Assembly (NCBI GenBank): GCA_009914755.4
Contig: CP086569.2
Span: forward strand, 10,912,001 to 10,976,000
Length of the DNA stretch: 64,000 nucleotides
Origin: the human T2T-CHM13v2.0 reference genome, Homo sapiens
Reading direction: 5' to 3'
The stretch's first letter is position 1, and every line of letters begins with the position of its first letter. Below are positions 1 to 12,536 of this stretch, piece by piece. A model generated the notes under the pieces. It saw only the letters and a list, made by a program, of their open reading frames with translations, was not told where the DNA came from and searched no databases. Position numbers and translations under genes: made by a program.

Positions 1-372
1 TCACCCAGGTTAAAGGCAGTTGAACAATATCAGCTCACATTTCGTTTCACCATAGCGTTCCATTCCATTCCATTCCTTTAAATTCCATTCCATTTCAGTC
101 CACTCCACTCCACTCCACTTCACCCCACTCCACTCCACTCCGCTTCATTCCTTCCCTTTCATTTCCACTCCAGTCCACAACACTCCAATCCACTCAACTT
201 CTTTCCATTCCATCCCATTCCATTCCACTCTAATCCACTGCACTCTACTCCACTCCTTTCCACTCCATTCCATTCCACTCCATCCCATTCCATTCACGCC
301 AATCCACTCCACTCCACTCCTTTCCACTCCACTACATTGCGTTCCTTTCCACTCTTTTTCATTCCATTCCTG

Positions 373-436
373 TCTTTTGACAGAATCTCACTTTTTCACC
401 CAGGCTGGAGTGCAGTGGCACAATCTCAGCTCACAT
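373..436 (-). mobile_element. Alu 3'-end relic (antisense, about 60 bp), satellite sub-unit landmark
   Basis: tcttttgacagaatctcactttttcacccaggctggagtgcagtggcacaatctcagctcac. This matches the reverse complement of the Alu right-monomer end (GAGACGGAGTCTCGCTCTGTCGCCCAGGCTGGAGTGCAGTGGCGCGATCTCGGCTCAC) with CpG to CpA/TpG decay. Confidence 0.85.
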
Positions 437-690
437 TTCATTTTACCATTCCATGGCATTCCATTCCATTTCATTAATTTCCATTCCACTCCACTCCACT
501 CCACTCTGCTGCATTCCATTCCGTTCCATTCCATTCCATTCCATTCCATTCCATTCCATTCCATTCCGTTCCATTCCATTGCACTCCACTCTACTCCTCT
601 CCACTCCATCCCATTGCATCCCATCCCATTCCATGTCATTCCACTCTACTCCACTCCATTCCATTCCATCCCACTCCATTTCATTCTGTG

Positions 691-756
691 CTTTTCTGTC
701 AACAAGATCTCACTCTGTCACATTGGCTGGAGTGCAGTCACAGAGTCTCAGGTCAC
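691..756 (-). mobile_element. Alu 3'-end relic (antisense)
   Basis: caacaagatctcactctgtcacattggctggagtgcagtcacagagtctcaggtcac. Confidence 0.8.
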
Positions 757-983
757 ATTTCATTCTACATTCCATTCCATTCCACTCCACTCCACTCCAC
801 ATCACTCCACTGCACTCCACTCCATTCAATCCCATTGCATTCCGCTCCATTCAACTCCACTTCACCGCACTCCACTCCACTTCGTTCCATTCCACTCCAC
901 CACCTTCCGTTCTACTCCACTACAATCCACTGCAGTGCACTACTCTCCATTCCATTCCATTCCACTCTATTCCATTCCATTCC

Positions 984-1047
984 TTTTCTTCTACAGGATA
1001 TCTCTCTGTCACTCAGGCTGGAGTGCAGTGGCACAATCTCAGCTCAC
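984..1047 (-). mobile_element. Alu 3'-end relic (antisense)
   Basis: ctacaggatatctctctgtcactcaggctggagtgcagtggcacaatctcagctcac. Confidence 0.85.
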
Positions 1048-1489
1048 ATTTCCTTCACCATTCCATTCCATTCCATTCTGCTTCATTCCATTACATTACG
1101 TTCCATTTAATTCCAATCTATTGCACTGCACTCCTCTCCACACTACTCCATGCCATTCCATTCTATTACATTCCAGTTCAATCCACTCCATTTCACTACA
1201 TTCCACTCCAATTTTTTCCATTACATCCCGTTTCATTCCAGTTCCATTCGATTCCATTCCATTCCACTCCATTCCATTCCATTCCATTCCATTCCATTCC
1301 ATTCATCTCCATTTCATTCATCTCCATTCCACTCCATTCCATTCCATTCCATTCCATTCCATTCCATTCCATTCCATTCCATTCCATTCATCTCCATTCC
1401 ATTCCATTCCATTCCATTCCATTCCATTCCATTCCATTCCATTCCATTCCGTTCCATTCCATTCATCTCTATTCCATTCCATTCATTCC

Positions 1490-1550
1490 TTTTAACATCA
1501 TCTCACACTGTCACGGAGGCTGGAGTTCAGTGATAGAATCTCAGCTCACA
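1490..1550 (-). mobile_element. Alu 3'-end relic (antisense), divergent variant
   Basis: aacatcatctcacactgtcacggaggctggagttcagtgatagaatctcagctcac. Confidence 0.8.
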
Positions 1551-1926
1551 TTACATTTCACCATTCCATTCCATTCCATTCCATTCCTTTGTGTTCCATT
1601 CCACTCAACTGCACTGAATCCCACTCCATTCCACTCGCTTCAGTTCCATTCCATTCCATTCCATTTCATTCCATTCCATTCCATTCCACTCCATTCCAGT
1701 CCATTCCATTCCATTCCACTCCATTCCATTCCATTCCATTGCACTCCATCCCATTCCATTCAACTCTTTTCCACATGACTCCACTCCACTCCACTCCATT
1801 CCACAACACTCCAATCCACTCCATTCCATTCCTTTTCATTTGATCCCATTCCATTCCACTCTGTTCCACTCCACTCCACTCCTTTCCATTCCATTCCATT
1901 CCATTCCACTCCATTCCATTCAATTC

Positions 1927-1990
1927 TTTCCTTCGACAGGATCTCACTCTGTCACACAGGCTGGAGTGCAGTGGCACAATCTCAGCTGAC
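1927..1990 (-). mobile_element. Alu 3'-end relic (antisense)
   Basis: cgacaggatctcactctgtcacacaggctggagtgcagtggcacaatctcagctgac. Confidence 0.85.
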
Positions 1991-2215
1991 ATTTCATTTC
2001 ACCATTCCATTCCTTTCCACTTTATTCCACTCCACTCCACTCAAGTTCACTTCACTCATTTCCATTCCTTTCCACTGCACTCCACTCCACTCCTCTACCC
2101 TGCATTCCATCCCCTTCCATTCCACTCCATTCCACTCCATTACACTCCACTCCACTCCACTCCATTCCATTCCATTCCATTCCATTCCAATACACTCCAG
2201 TGCATCACACACTTT

Positions 2216-2277
2216 TCATTCGACAATATCTCACTTTGTCTCCCAGGCTGGAATGCAGTGGCACAATCTCAGCTCAC
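2216..2277 (-). mobile_element. Alu 3'-end relic (antisense)
   Basis: cgacaatatctcactttgtctcccaggctggaatgcagtggcacaatctcagctcac. Confidence 0.85.
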
Positions 2278-2609
2278 CTTACATTTAACCATTCCATTCC
2301 ATTCCATTACATTTCAGTGCATAACATTGTATTCCATTAGGTAACATTCCGTTCAGTTCTGTTCCACGCCACTCCATTCCACTCCACTCCACTCCAGTCC
2401 ACTCCAATCAACTTCATTCCATTCCATTCCATCCCATTTCACTCCATTCCAAACCACTCCACTCCACACCATTCCTTTCCACTCCATTCCTTTCCTTTCC
2501 ACTCCATTCCATTCTTTTCCACTCCATTCCATTCCATTCCATTCCATTCCATTCCATTCCATTCCATTCCATTCCATTCCATTAAACTCCTTTCTATTCC
2601 ATTGCCTAC

Positions 2610-2669
2610 TTTCGACAGAATCTCACTCTTTGACACAGGCTTGATTTCAGTAGCACAATCTTACCTCAC
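2610..2669 (-). mobile_element. Alu 3'-end relic (antisense), strongly diverged; marks the start of the 3.28-kb unit
   Basis: tttcgacagaatctcactctttgacacaggcttgatttcagtagcacaatcttacctcac. Near-identical copies occur at 5889, 15991 and 38465. Confidence 0.7.
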
Positions 2670-2790
2670 ATTTCAGTTCACCATACCATTCCACTGCATT
2701 CCACTCCACTTCACTCCAGTCCACTCCACTCCACATCAGTCCACGCCATTCCACTCCATATCATTCCACTCCATTTCATTCCATTCCTTT

Positions 2791-2850
2791 GTTTCAACTG
2801 GATCTCACTCTGTCACTCGGGCTGGAATGCCGAGCCCCAATCTCAACTCA
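2791..2850 (-). mobile_element. Alu 3'-end relic (antisense)
   Basis: caactggatctcactctgtcactcgggctggaatgccgagccccaatctcaactcac. Confidence 0.75.
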
Positions 2851-3167
2851 CTTTTCATTAAACTGTTCCATTCCATTCTATTGCTTTCCATTCTATTCCA
2901 GTTCATTCCATTCCTTTACATTTAATTCCATTCCATTTCATTCTATTAAATTCCATTTCACTCCACTCCACTCCGTTGCATTCCATTCCACTCAACTACA
3001 CTCCACACCACTCCATTCCATTCCATCCCCTTCCACTCCACTCCACTCCATTCCTCCCAATCCCATTCCATTCCACTCTCTTCCAGTCCACTCCACTCCA
3101 CTCCACTCCACTACAATCCATTCCATTCCATTACACTCCATTCCTCTCTCTGCCATTCCACTCTGTT

Positions 3168-3228
3168 CTTTCGACAGGATCTCACTTTATCACCAAGGCT
3201 GGAGTAACGTGGCATAAACTCAGCTCGC
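3168..3228 (-). mobile_element. Alu 3'-end relic (antisense)
   Basis: cgacaggatctcactttatcaccaaggctggagtaacgtggcataaactcagctcgc. Confidence 0.75.
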
Positions 3229-3424
3229 ATTTCATTTCAACATTCCATTGCATTCCATTACAATGCATTCCACTCCATTCCACTTCATTCCATTCCATTC
3301 CACTCCACTCCACTCCACTCGGCCTCATTGCATTCCATTCCATTTCACTCCATTCCACGCCAATCTACTCCACTCCCCTCCACTCCATTGTATTCCACTG
3401 CACTCCCTTCCATTCCATTCCTTT

Positions 3425-3486
3425 CTTTCAACAGGATCTCACTCTGTCACTCAGGATGGAGTGCAGTGGCAAAACCTCAGCTCACA
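3425..3486 (-). mobile_element. Alu 3'-end relic (antisense)
   Basis: caacaggatctcactctgtcactcaggatggagtgcagtggcaaaacctcagctcac. Confidence 0.85.
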
Positions 3487-4162
3487 TTTCGTTTCACCAT
3501 TCCTTTCCGTTCCATTTAATTCCATTCCATTACCCTCCACTCCACTCCAGTCCACTCCACTCTGCTCCATTCCACTCCAGTCCACTCCACTCCAATCTAG
3601 CACAATCCACTCTATTCCACTCAATCCCTTTCCATTCCATGGAATTCCAATCCACTCCACTCCACTCCTCTCCATTGCATTCCATCATATTCTATTCCAC
3701 TCCATTGCAGTCCACTCCACTCCACTCCTCTCCACTCCACTCCATTCCATTCCATTCCTTTCCTTTCCATTCCATTTTGCTCCATTCTCTTACATTCCAT
3801 TCCATTTATTTCCAATCCATTGCACTGCACTGCTCTCCACTCCACTCCATGTCATTCCAGTCCATTCCACTCCATTCCAAAACACTCCAATCCAATTTGT
3901 TCCATTACATCCCGTTTCATTTCACTCCATTCCACTCCTCTCCCCTCTATTCCATTCCACTCCTCTCCACTCTATTCCACTCGATTCCATTCCATTCTTT
4001 TCCATTCCATTCCATTCCATTCCACTCCAATCTACTCCGCTCCATCCCATTTAATTCCACTCCAATCCACTCCAGTCCACTCCATTCCGTGCCATTCCAT
4101 CCAATTCCGTTCTATTTTGTTCCATTCCATTCAATTCCAGTCCATTACTTTGAATTCTTTTC

Positions 4163-4222
4163 TTTTGAAATGATTTCACTCATTCACACAGGCTGGAGTG
4201 CAGTGGGAATATCTGAGCTCAC
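4163..4222 (-). mobile_element. Alu 3'-end relic (antisense), 'gggaatat' variant
   Basis: tttgaaatgatttcactcattcacacaggctggagtgcagtgggaatatctgagctcac. Confidence 0.8.
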
Positions 4223-5141
4223 ACTTCATTTTACCATTCCATTGCACTCCATTCCACTTCACTCCACTCCACCCCACTCCACTCCGTTCCATACCATTCC
4301 ATCCCAATCCATTCCATTCCACTCCACTCCATTCCATTCCACTCCATCCCATTTCATTCCACACCACAACACTCCACTACACCCCACTCACTGCCATTCC
4401 ATGCCATTTCACTCCATTCCATTTGATTCCCTTCCACTCCATTGCATTACATTCCTTTATTTCGACAGTATTTCACTCTGTCACACAGGCAGGAATGCAG
4501 TGGTACAATCTCAGCTCACATTTCATTTCACCATTTCATTTCACTCCATACCACTCCACTCCACTACACCACACTCCACTCCACTCCATGAAATCCCAAT
4601 CCATTCCATTCCACTCCATTCCATTCCATTCCTTTGCTTTCTTTCGACAGGATCTCACTCTGTCACGCAGGGTGGAGTGCAGTGGCACAATTTCAGCTCA
4701 CATTTCATTTCAATATTCCATCTCCTTCCATTCCATTCCACTCTACTCCACTCCACTTCAGTCCACTCCACTCCACTCCCCTCTATTTCATTTTGTTCCA
4801 TTCCATTCCACTCCTTTCCTTTCCTTTCTTTTGACAGGATCTCACTCTATCAAACAGGCTGGAGTGTAGAGGCATAATCTCACCTCAAATTTCACTTCAC
4901 CCTTCCATTCCATTCCGTTCCATTCCATTCCATTCCACTCCATCCCATTCCATTCAACTCCTTTCCACACGACTCCCCTCCACTCCACTCCATTCCACAA
5001 CACTCCACTCCACTGCAATCCACTCGATTCCATTCCATTCCATTTCATTTGAATCCATTCCATTCCACTCTATTCCACTCCACTCCTCTCCACTCCATTC
5101 CATTCCATTCGATTCAATTCCACTCCATTACATTCCATTCT

Positions 5142-5203
5142 TTCTTTTGAAAGGATCTCACTCTGTCACACAGGCTGGAGTGCAGTGGCACAATCTCAGC
5201 TTA
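5142..5203 (-). mobile_element. Alu 3'-end relic (antisense)
   Basis: ttgaaaggatctcactctgtcacacaggctggagtgcagtggcacaatctcagcttac. Confidence 0.85.
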
Positions 5204-5400
5204 CCTTTCATTTCACCATTCTATTCCACTTTATTCAACTCCACTCCACTCAAGTCCACTTCACTCATTTCCATTCCATTCCACTGCACTCCAATCCACT
5301 CCTCTACCCTGCATTCCATCCCCTTCCATTCCACTCCTTTCCACTCCATTCCACTCCACTCCACACCATTCCACTCCATTCCATTCCATTCCATTCCACT

Positions 5401-5470
5401 CCATTCCATTCCATTCCATTCCATTCCATTCCATTCCATTCCATTCCATTCCATTCCATTCCATTCCATT
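5401..5470. repeat. Near-perfect (CCATT)14 tract
   Basis: ccattccatt repeated without substitution from 5401 to 5470. Confidence 0.9.
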
Positions 5471-5888
5471 GCACCCCATTCCATTCCATTCCATTCCATT
5501 GCACTCCATTACATCACATACTTTTCTTTCGACAATATCTCACTTTGTCCCCCGGGCAGGAATGCAGTAGCACTATCTCAGCTCACCTTTCACTTAACCA
5601 TTCCATTCCATTACATTACATTTCAGTACATAACATTCTATTCCATTACGTAACATTCCGTTCAGTTCCATTCTACTGAACTCCATTCCACTCCACTCCA
5701 CTCCAGTCCACTCCAATCCACTTCATTCCATTCCATTCCATTCCACTCCATTCCACTCCACTCCACTCCACTCCACTCCATTCTATTCCACTCTATTCTA
5801 TTCCAATCCATTTTTTTCCATTCCACTCCATTCCATTCCACTCCATTCCATTACATTCCATTAAACTCCTTTCTATTCCATTGCCTAC

Positions 5889-5947
5889 TTTCGACAGAAT
5901 CTCGCTCTGTGACACAGGCTTGATTTCAGTAGCACAATCTCATCTCA
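5889..5947 (-). mobile_element. Alu 3'-end relic (antisense), diverged unit-start variant
   Basis: tttcgacagaatctcgctctgtgacacaggcttgatttcagtagcacaatctcatctcac. Confidence 0.7.
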
Positions 5948-7235
5948 CATTTCATTTCACCATACCATTCCACTGCATTCCACTCCACTCCACTCCACAG
6001 CAGTCCACGCCATTCCACTCCATATCATTCCACTCCATTTCATTCCATTCATTTGTTTCAACAGTACCTCACTCTGTTACCTGGGCTGGAGTGCAGAGGC
6101 CCAACCTCAACTCACATTTCATTAAACTGTCCCATTCCATTCCATTCCATTCCATTCCATTCCATTCCATTCCATTCCATTCCATTCCATTCCATTGCAT
6201 TCCATTCCATTCCATTAAATTCCATTCCATTTCATGCTATTATATTCCATTCTACTCCACTCCACTCCATTCCATTCCACTCAACTCTACTCCACTCCAC
6301 TCCAGTCCACTTCATTCCATTCCATCCCATTCCACTCCCCTCCACTCCATTCCTCCCAAATCCCCTTCCAATCCATTCCAATCCACTCCGCTCCACTCCA
6401 CTCCACTCCACTCCATTCCATTCCATTCCATTACACTCCATTCCTCTCCTTGCCATTCCACTCCGTTCTTTTCACAGGATCTCACTTTGTCACCAAGGCT
6501 GGAGTAACATGGCATAATCTCAGCTCACATTTCATTTCAACATTCTATTGTAGTCCATTACAATGCATTCCATTCCATTCTATTTCATTCCATTCCATTC
6601 CACTCCACTCCACTCTGCTGCATTCCATTCCATTCCATTTCACTCCGTTCCTCGCCAATCTACCCCACTCCTCTCCACTCCATTGTATTCCATTCCACTC
6701 CCTTCCATTGCATTCCTATCTTTCAACAGGATCTCACTCTGTCATCCAGGATGGAGTGCAGTGGCAAAATCTCAGCTCACATTTCCTTTCACCAATCCTT
6801 TCCATTCCATTAAATTCCATTCCTTTCCCCTCCATTCCACTCCAGTCCACTCCACTCCGCTCCATTCCACTCCAGTCCACTCCACTCCAATCTAGCACAA
6901 TCCACTCTATTCCACTCAATCCCTTTCCATTCCACGGAATTACAATCCAGTCCACTCCACTCCACTCCTCTCCATTGCATTCCATCATATTCTATTCCAT
7001 TCCATTGCAGTCCACTCCACTCCACTCCTCTCCACTCCATTCCATTACATTCCATTCCTCTCCATTCCATTCCACTCCAATCCACACCACTCCACACGAC
7101 TCCCTTCCACTCCATTCCATTCCACTCCACTACATTCCATTCGATTCCACTCCATTCCATTCCATTCCACTCCATTCCATTCCATTCCATTCCATTCCAT
7201 TCCATTCCATTCCACTCCTTTGCATTCCATTCCTT

Positions 7236-7276
7236 TCTTTTGACAGGATCTCACTCTGTCACCCTGGCTCATGTGC
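7236..7276 (-). mobile_element. Truncated Alu relic (internal deletion removes cagtgg...agctcac)
   Basis: ttgacaggatctcactctgtcaccctggctcatgtg joins directly to ctccattcc. The same truncation is present in the paralog at 17407-17446. Confidence 0.7.
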
Positions 7277-7355
7277 TCCATTCCCCTCCATTCCATTCCA
7301 TTCCATTCCATTCCATTCCATTCCATTCCATTCCATTCCTTTGCATTCCATTCCT

Positions 7356-7417
7356 TTCTTTTGACAGAATCTCACTCTGTCACCCTGGCTCATGTGCAGT
7401 GGCATAATCTCAGCTCA
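7356..7417 (-). mobile_element. Alu 3'-end relic (antisense), 'ccctggctcatgtg' variant
   Basis: ttgacagaatctcactctgtcaccctggctcatgtgcagtggcataatctcagctcac. Confidence 0.8.
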
Positions 7418-8117
7418 CATTACATTTCACCATTGGATTCAATTCCATTTCCTTCCATTCCGTTCCATTCCGCTCCAATCCACTCCACTCCAGTTCATTC
7501 CATTCCACTCCATCCCATTTCATTCCAATCCAATCCCCTCCAGTCCACTCCATTCCATGCCATTCCTTCCAATTCCATTCTACTGTGTCCCATTCCAATC
7601 CATTCTAGTCCATTCCATTCAATTCTTTTCTTTTGAAATGATCTCACTCATTCACACAGGCTGGAGTGCAGTGGGAATATCTGAGCTCACACTTCATTCC
7701 ATTCCATTCCATTTGATTCCATTTACCTCCATTGCATTCCATTCCTTTATTTCCACAGTATCTCACTCTGTCACACAGGCAGGAGTGCAGTGGCACAATC
7801 TCAGCACACATTTCGTTTCACCGTTGCATTTCACTCCATTCCACTCTATTCCACCACACCAGACTCCACTCCACTCCACTCCACTCCATTCCATTAAATC
7901 CCAATCCATTCCATTCCACTCCACTCCATTCCATTCCTTTGTTTTCTTTCGACAGGATCTCACTCTGTCACGCAGGGTGGAGTGCAGTGGCACAATCTCA
8001 GCTGACATTTCATTTCAATATTCCATCCCATTCCATACCATTCCACTCTACTCCACTCCACTCCACTCTATTCCATTCCGTTCCATTCCACTCCACTCCT
8101 TTCCATTCCTTTCCTTT

Positions 8118-8176
8118 CTTTTGACAGGATCTCACTCTATCAAACAGGCTGGAGTGTAGTGGCACAATCTCACCTC
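8118..8176 (-). mobile_element. Alu 3'-end relic (antisense), 'atcaaacaggctggagtgtagtgg' variant
   Basis: ttgacaggatctcactctatcaaacaggctggagtgtagtggcacaatctcacctc. Paralogs occur at 4825, 18652 and 40700. Confidence 0.8.
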
Positions 8177-9583
8177 AAATTTCACTTCACCCTTCCGTTC
8201 CGTTCCGTTCCATTCCATTCCATTCCATTCCATTCCATTCCATTCCATTCCATTCCATTATACTCCATTCCACTCATCTCCACTCCATTGCTTTCCATTC
8301 CACTCCACTTCACTCCACTCCTTTCCACTCCACTACATTACATCCCATTCTGTCCCACTCCATTCCACTCCACTCCACTCCAATCTACTCAATTCCATTT
8401 CATTACGTCACATTCCATTCCGTTCCATTCCACTCCACTCCAATCCACTCAACTGAACTTTCTATTCCATTCCATTCCATTCTATTCCACTCCACTCAAT
8501 CCAATTCACTCCATTCCATTCCATCCCGTTTCATTCCACTCCACTCCACACCACTCCACTCCACTCCATTCCATGCCATTCCATCCAATTCCATTCTATT
8601 CCGTTCAATTCCAATCCATTCCTGTCCATTCCATTCATTTCGTTTCTTTTTAAATGATCTCCCTCAGTCACACGGGCTGGAGTTCGGTGGGAAAATCTGA
8701 GCTTCATTTCATTTCACCATTCCATTGCACTCCATTCTACTCCATTCCACTCCACCCCACTCCACTCCATTCCATTCCATTCCATCCCAATCCATTACAT
8801 TCCACTCCATTTCATTCCTTTCTTTTCTTTCATAAGGATATCAGTCTTTCACGCAGGGTGAAGTGGAGTGGCACAATCTCAGTTCACATTTTATTTCAAC
8901 TTTCCACTCTGTAGCATTCCATTGCAGTCCGTTTCTTTCCATTCCTTTATTTTACAGTATCTCACTCTGTCACTCCGGGTGGAGTGCAGTCGCATAATCT
9001 CAGCTCACATTACATTTCAGCATTGCATTCCATTCCATTCCACTCTATTCCATTCCATTCGTTTCCATTCAATTCCGCTCTACTCCACTCCACTGCATTT
9101 CATTTCATACCATTCCATTCCACTCCACTTCACTCTAATCCACTCAATTCCATTCCATCCCATGACATTCCTCTCCACTAAACTCCACTCCATTCCATTC
9201 CCCTCCATCCCGTTTCATTCCACACAACTACACTCCACTACACTCCATTTCCTGCCATTCCACCTCATTTCATTCCACTCCAATCCATTCCATTTGATTC
9301 CATTCCACTCCATTGCATTACATTCCTTTTTTTTTCCGACAGTATCTCACTCGGTCACACAGGCTGTTGTGCAGTGGCACAATCTCAGCTCACAATTCAT
9401 TTCACCATTTCATTTCACTCCATACCACTCTACTACACTGCACCACAATCCACTCCACTCCACTCCACTCCTTCCACTCCATTTAATCCAAATCCATTCC
9501 ATTCCACTCCATTCCATTCCATTCCTTTGCTTTCTTTCAATAGGATCTCACTCTGTCACACAGGGTGGAGTGTAGTGGCATAA
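8160..9583. repeat. Block B head + first 1.3-kb sub-unit; paralogous copy at about 40743-42177, offset about 32.6 kb
   Basis: Artefact ORFs at 8654..8914 and 41248..41508 are identical. Those at 8868..9575 and 41462..42169 differ at 2 residues. Landmarks 8645~41238, 8825~41420, 8950~41545, 9325~41920, 9530~42127. Confidence 0.85.
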
Positions 9584-9939
9584 TCTCAGCTCACATTTCA
9601 TTTCAATATTCCATCCCATTCCATTCCATTCCACTCCACTCCCCTCCACTCCAGTCCACTCCACTCCATTGCACTGTATTCCATCCCAGTCCATTCCACT
9701 CCATTCTACACCACTCCACTCCACTCCATTGCATTACATTCCAATCAATTCCATTCCATCCCACTCCATCCCATTCCATTCCATTCCATTCCATTCCATT
9801 CCATTCCACTCCACTCCACTCCACTCCAATCCATTCCATCTCATTGCATTCCACTCCACTCCATTCCATGCCATTCCATCGAATTCCATTCTATTCCGTT
9901 CCATTCCAGTCCATTCCTGTCCATTCCATTCAATTCGTT

Positions 9940-9998
9940 TCTTTTGAAATGATCTCAGTCACACTGGCTGGAGTGCAGTGGGAAAATCTGAGCTCACA
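9940..9998 (-). mobile_element. Alu 3'-end relic (antisense), 'gggaaaat' variant marking the 1.3-kb sub-unit boundary
   Basis: ttgaaatgatctcagtcacactggctggagtgcagtgggaaaatctgagctcac. The same variant occurs at 8645, 11207, 12537, 19165, 20420 and 41238. Confidence 0.8.
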
Positions 9999-11206
9999 TT
10001 TCATTTCACCATTCCACTGTACTCCATTCCACTCCACTCTACTCCATCCCACTCCACTCCATTCCACTCCATTCCATCCCAATCCATTCCATTCCACTCC
10101 ATTCCATTCCTTTCCTTTCGTCAGAATATCACTCTTTCACGCAGGGTGTAGTGCAGTGGCACAATCTCAGTTCACATTTCATTTCAACTTTCTACTCCAT
10201 AGCATTCCATTGCAGTCCCTTTCTTTCCATTCCTTTCTTTTGACAGGATCTCACTCTGTCACTCAGGGTGGAGTGCAGTCGTATAATCTCAGCTCACATT
10301 ACATTTCATCATGGCATTCCATTCCATTCCACTCGTTTTGTCTCCATTTCACTCTACTCCACTCCACTCCACTGCACTCCTTTTCATACCATTCCATTCC
10401 ACTCCACTTCACTCTAATCCACTCAATTCCATTCTATCCCATTCCATTCCGCTCTACTCCACTCCACTCCACTACACTCCATTCCATTCCACTCTATCCC
10501 GTTTCATTCCACACTATTACGCTCCACTACACTCCATTTCCTGCCATTCCACCCCATTTCATTCCTTTCCATTCCTGTCCATTTGATTCCATTCCACTCC
10601 ACTGCATTCCATTCCTTTTTTTCAACAGTATCTCACTCGGTTACACAGGCTGGTGTGCAGTGGCAGAATCTCAGCTCACAAAACATTTCACCATTTCATT
10701 TCCCTCCATACCACTCCACTACACTACACCACACCCCACTCCACTCCACTCCACTCCATTAAATCCAAATCCATTCCATTCCACTCCATTCCACTCCATT
10801 CCTTTGCTTTCTTTCAATAGGATCTAACTCTGTCACGCAGGGTGGAGTGCAGTGGTACAATCTCAGCTCACATTTCATTTCAATATTCCTTCCCATTCCA
10901 TTCCATTCCATTCCACTCCACTCCACTCCTCTCCACTGCACTCCATTGCATTTTATTCCATCCCAGTCCATTCCACTCTATTCTACACCACTCCACTCCA
11001 TTGCGTTACATTCCAACTGATTCCATTCCATCCCACTCCATCGAATTCCATTCCACTCCATTCCATTCCATTCCATTCCGTTCCATTCCAGTCCACTCCA
11101 CTCCACTCCAAATCACTCCAATCCATTCCATCCCATTTCATTCCACTCCACTCCATTCCATTCAATTCAATCCAATTCCATTTTATTCCATTCCATTCAA
11201 TTTGTT

Positions 11207-11268
11207 TCTTTTGAAAGGATCTCAGTCAGTCACACTGGCTGGAGTGCAGTGGGAAAATTTGAGCTTAC
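11207..11268 (-). mobile_element. Alu 3'-end relic (antisense), 'gggaaaat' variant
   Basis: ttgaaaggatctcagtcagtcacactggctggagtgcagtgggaaaatttgagcttac. Confidence 0.8.
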
Positions 11269-12536
11269 ATTTCATTTCACAATTCCATTACACTCCATTC
11301 CACTCCACTCCAACCCACTCCACTCCATTCCACTCCATTCCATCCGAATCCATTCCATTCCACTGCATTCCTTTCCTTTCCTTTCTTTCATCAGGATAGC
11401 ACTCTTTCACGCAGGGTGGAGTGCAGTGGCACAATCTCAGTTCACATTTCATTTCAACTTTCCACTCCACAGCATTCCATTGCAGTCCGTTTCTTTCCAT
11501 TCCTTTCTTTTGACAGGATCTCACTCTGTCACTCTGGGTGGAGTGCAGTCGCATAATCTCAGCTTACATTACATTTCAGGATTGCGTTCCATTGCATTCC
11601 ACTCCATTCCATTCCATTCCATTCCATTCCATTCCATTCCATTCCATTCCATTCCTTTCCACTCTACTCCACTCCACTGCCCTCCATTTCATACCATTCC
11701 ATTCTACTCCACTCCACTCTAATCCACTCAATTCCAATCCATTCCATTCCATTCCACTCCACTCCACTCTATTCCATTCCACTCCATCCCATTTCATTCC
11801 AACCACTCCACTTCACTACACTCCATTCTGGGACATTCCATCCCATTTCATTCCATTCCATTTGATTCCATTCCACTCCATTGCATTCCATTCCTTTTTT
11901 TCGACAGTATCTCACCCTGTCACACAGGCTGGGGTGCAGTGGCACAATCTCAGCTCACATTTCATTTCCCTCAGTACTATTCCATTCCACTTCACCACAC
12001 TCCACTCCACTCCACTCCATTAAATCCCAGTCCATTCCATTCCACTCCATTCCATTCCATTCCTTTGCTTTCTTTCGATAGGATCTCACTCTGTCACACA
12101 GGGTGGAGTGCAGTGGCACAATCTCAGCTCACATTTCATTTCAATATTCCTTCCCATTCCATTCCATTCCACTCCACTCCACTCCTCTCCACTCCACTCC
12201 ACTCCATTGCATTTTATTCCATCCCAGTCCATTCCACTCCATTCTACACCACTCCACTCCACTCCATTGCATCACATTCCAACTGATTCCATTCCATGCC
12301 ACTCCATCGAATTCCATTCCACTCTATTCCATTCCATTCCATTCCATTCCATTCCATTCCTTTCCATTCCATTCCATTCCATTCCTTTCCATTCCATTCC
12401 ATTCCATTCCGCTCCATTCCAGTCCACTCCACCCCACTCCAATTCACTCCAATCCATTCCATCCCATTTCATTCCACTCCACTCTATTCCATTCAATTCA
12501 ATCCAGTTCCATTTTATTCCATTCCATTCAATTTTT

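Larger units (their letters stand above)
775..2600. repeat. Higher-order block T; paralogous copy at about 13075-15400
   Basis: Collinear Alu-relic variants: 984~13283, 1490~13757/14428, 1927~14970, 2216~15245. Near-identical artefact ORF peptides: NPIAFRSI.LHFTALHSTSFHSTPPPSVLLHYNPLQCTTLHS, and MCSIPLNCTESHS vs MCSIPLNCTKSHS/MCSIPHNCTESHS. The second copy carries one extra about-670-bp unit (13757-14428). The offset grows from about 12.3 to about 13.0 kb. Confidence 0.8.
1600..4900. repeat. Higher-order block (T-tail + A unit); paralogous copy at about 37500-40750, offset about 35.9 kb
   Basis: Landmarks 1927~37860, 2216~38125, 2610~38465, 2791~38645. Long artefact ORFs are near-identical, e.g. 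MHSITMHSTPFHFIPFHSTPLHST... at 3248 and 39113, and MFQLDLTLSLGLECRAPISTHFSLNCSIPFYCFPFYSSSFHSF at 2789 and 38644. Confidence 0.85.
2600..5880. repeat. About 3.28-kb unit (A part 2600-4900 plus T part 4900-5880). The A part is a diverged paralog of 5880-8160; the T part is a paralog of 1740-2600.
   Basis: The unit-start motif ttgcctactttcgacag recurs at 2596, 5875, 15977 and 38452. It is preceded each time by gtaacattccgttcagttc at 2341, 5641, 15361/15731 and 38241. The peptide MPTFDRISL.DTGLISVAQS occurs at 2602, 5881, 15983 and 38457. Confidence 0.8.
5880..8650. repeat. Higher-order block (A' unit + B head); paralogous copy at about 15980-19170, offset about 10.1-10.5 kb
   Basis: Landmarks 5889~15991, 6050~16160, 6465~16563, 6720~16815, 7236~17407 (shared truncation), 7630~17970, 7750~18270, 7940~18478, 8118~18652. 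Long shared artefact peptides, e.g. HYTPFLSLPFHSVLFTGSHFVTKAGVTWHNLSSHFISTFYCSPLQCIPFHS. Confidence 0.85.
8645..12535. repeat. Three tandem about-1.27-1.33-kb sub-units, each with 5 Alu relics. The paralogous array at about 19165-21320 has two; the copy at 41238-42187 has less than one.
   Basis: The gggaaaat-type relic recurs at 8645, 9940, 11207 and 12537 (periods 1295/1267/1330), and at 19165 and 20420. The peptide MECSG[TI]ISAHISFQYS starts at 9565, 10842, 12103, 20044 and 21271. Offset of the copy-1 to copy-2 alignment is about 9.2 kb (10842~20044, 11538~20750). Confidence 0.8.

Noticed and set aside
2976-4877. Very long ORFs (e.g. 2976..4877 + 633 aa; 29067..30980 + 637 aa; 15983..17749 + 588 aa; many MEWNG-rich ORFs on the - strand) that might be read as genes for repetitive HSIPF/PLHST proteins
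   Set aside because: They are translation artefacts of the pentamer. CCATT and GGAAT repeats contain no stop codon in any frame, so stop-free frames persist until a point mutation. The peptides are pure low-complexity (HSIPF, HSTPL, MEWNG), shift frame at every indel, and have no start context. The same 'proteins' occur on both strands overlapping each other.
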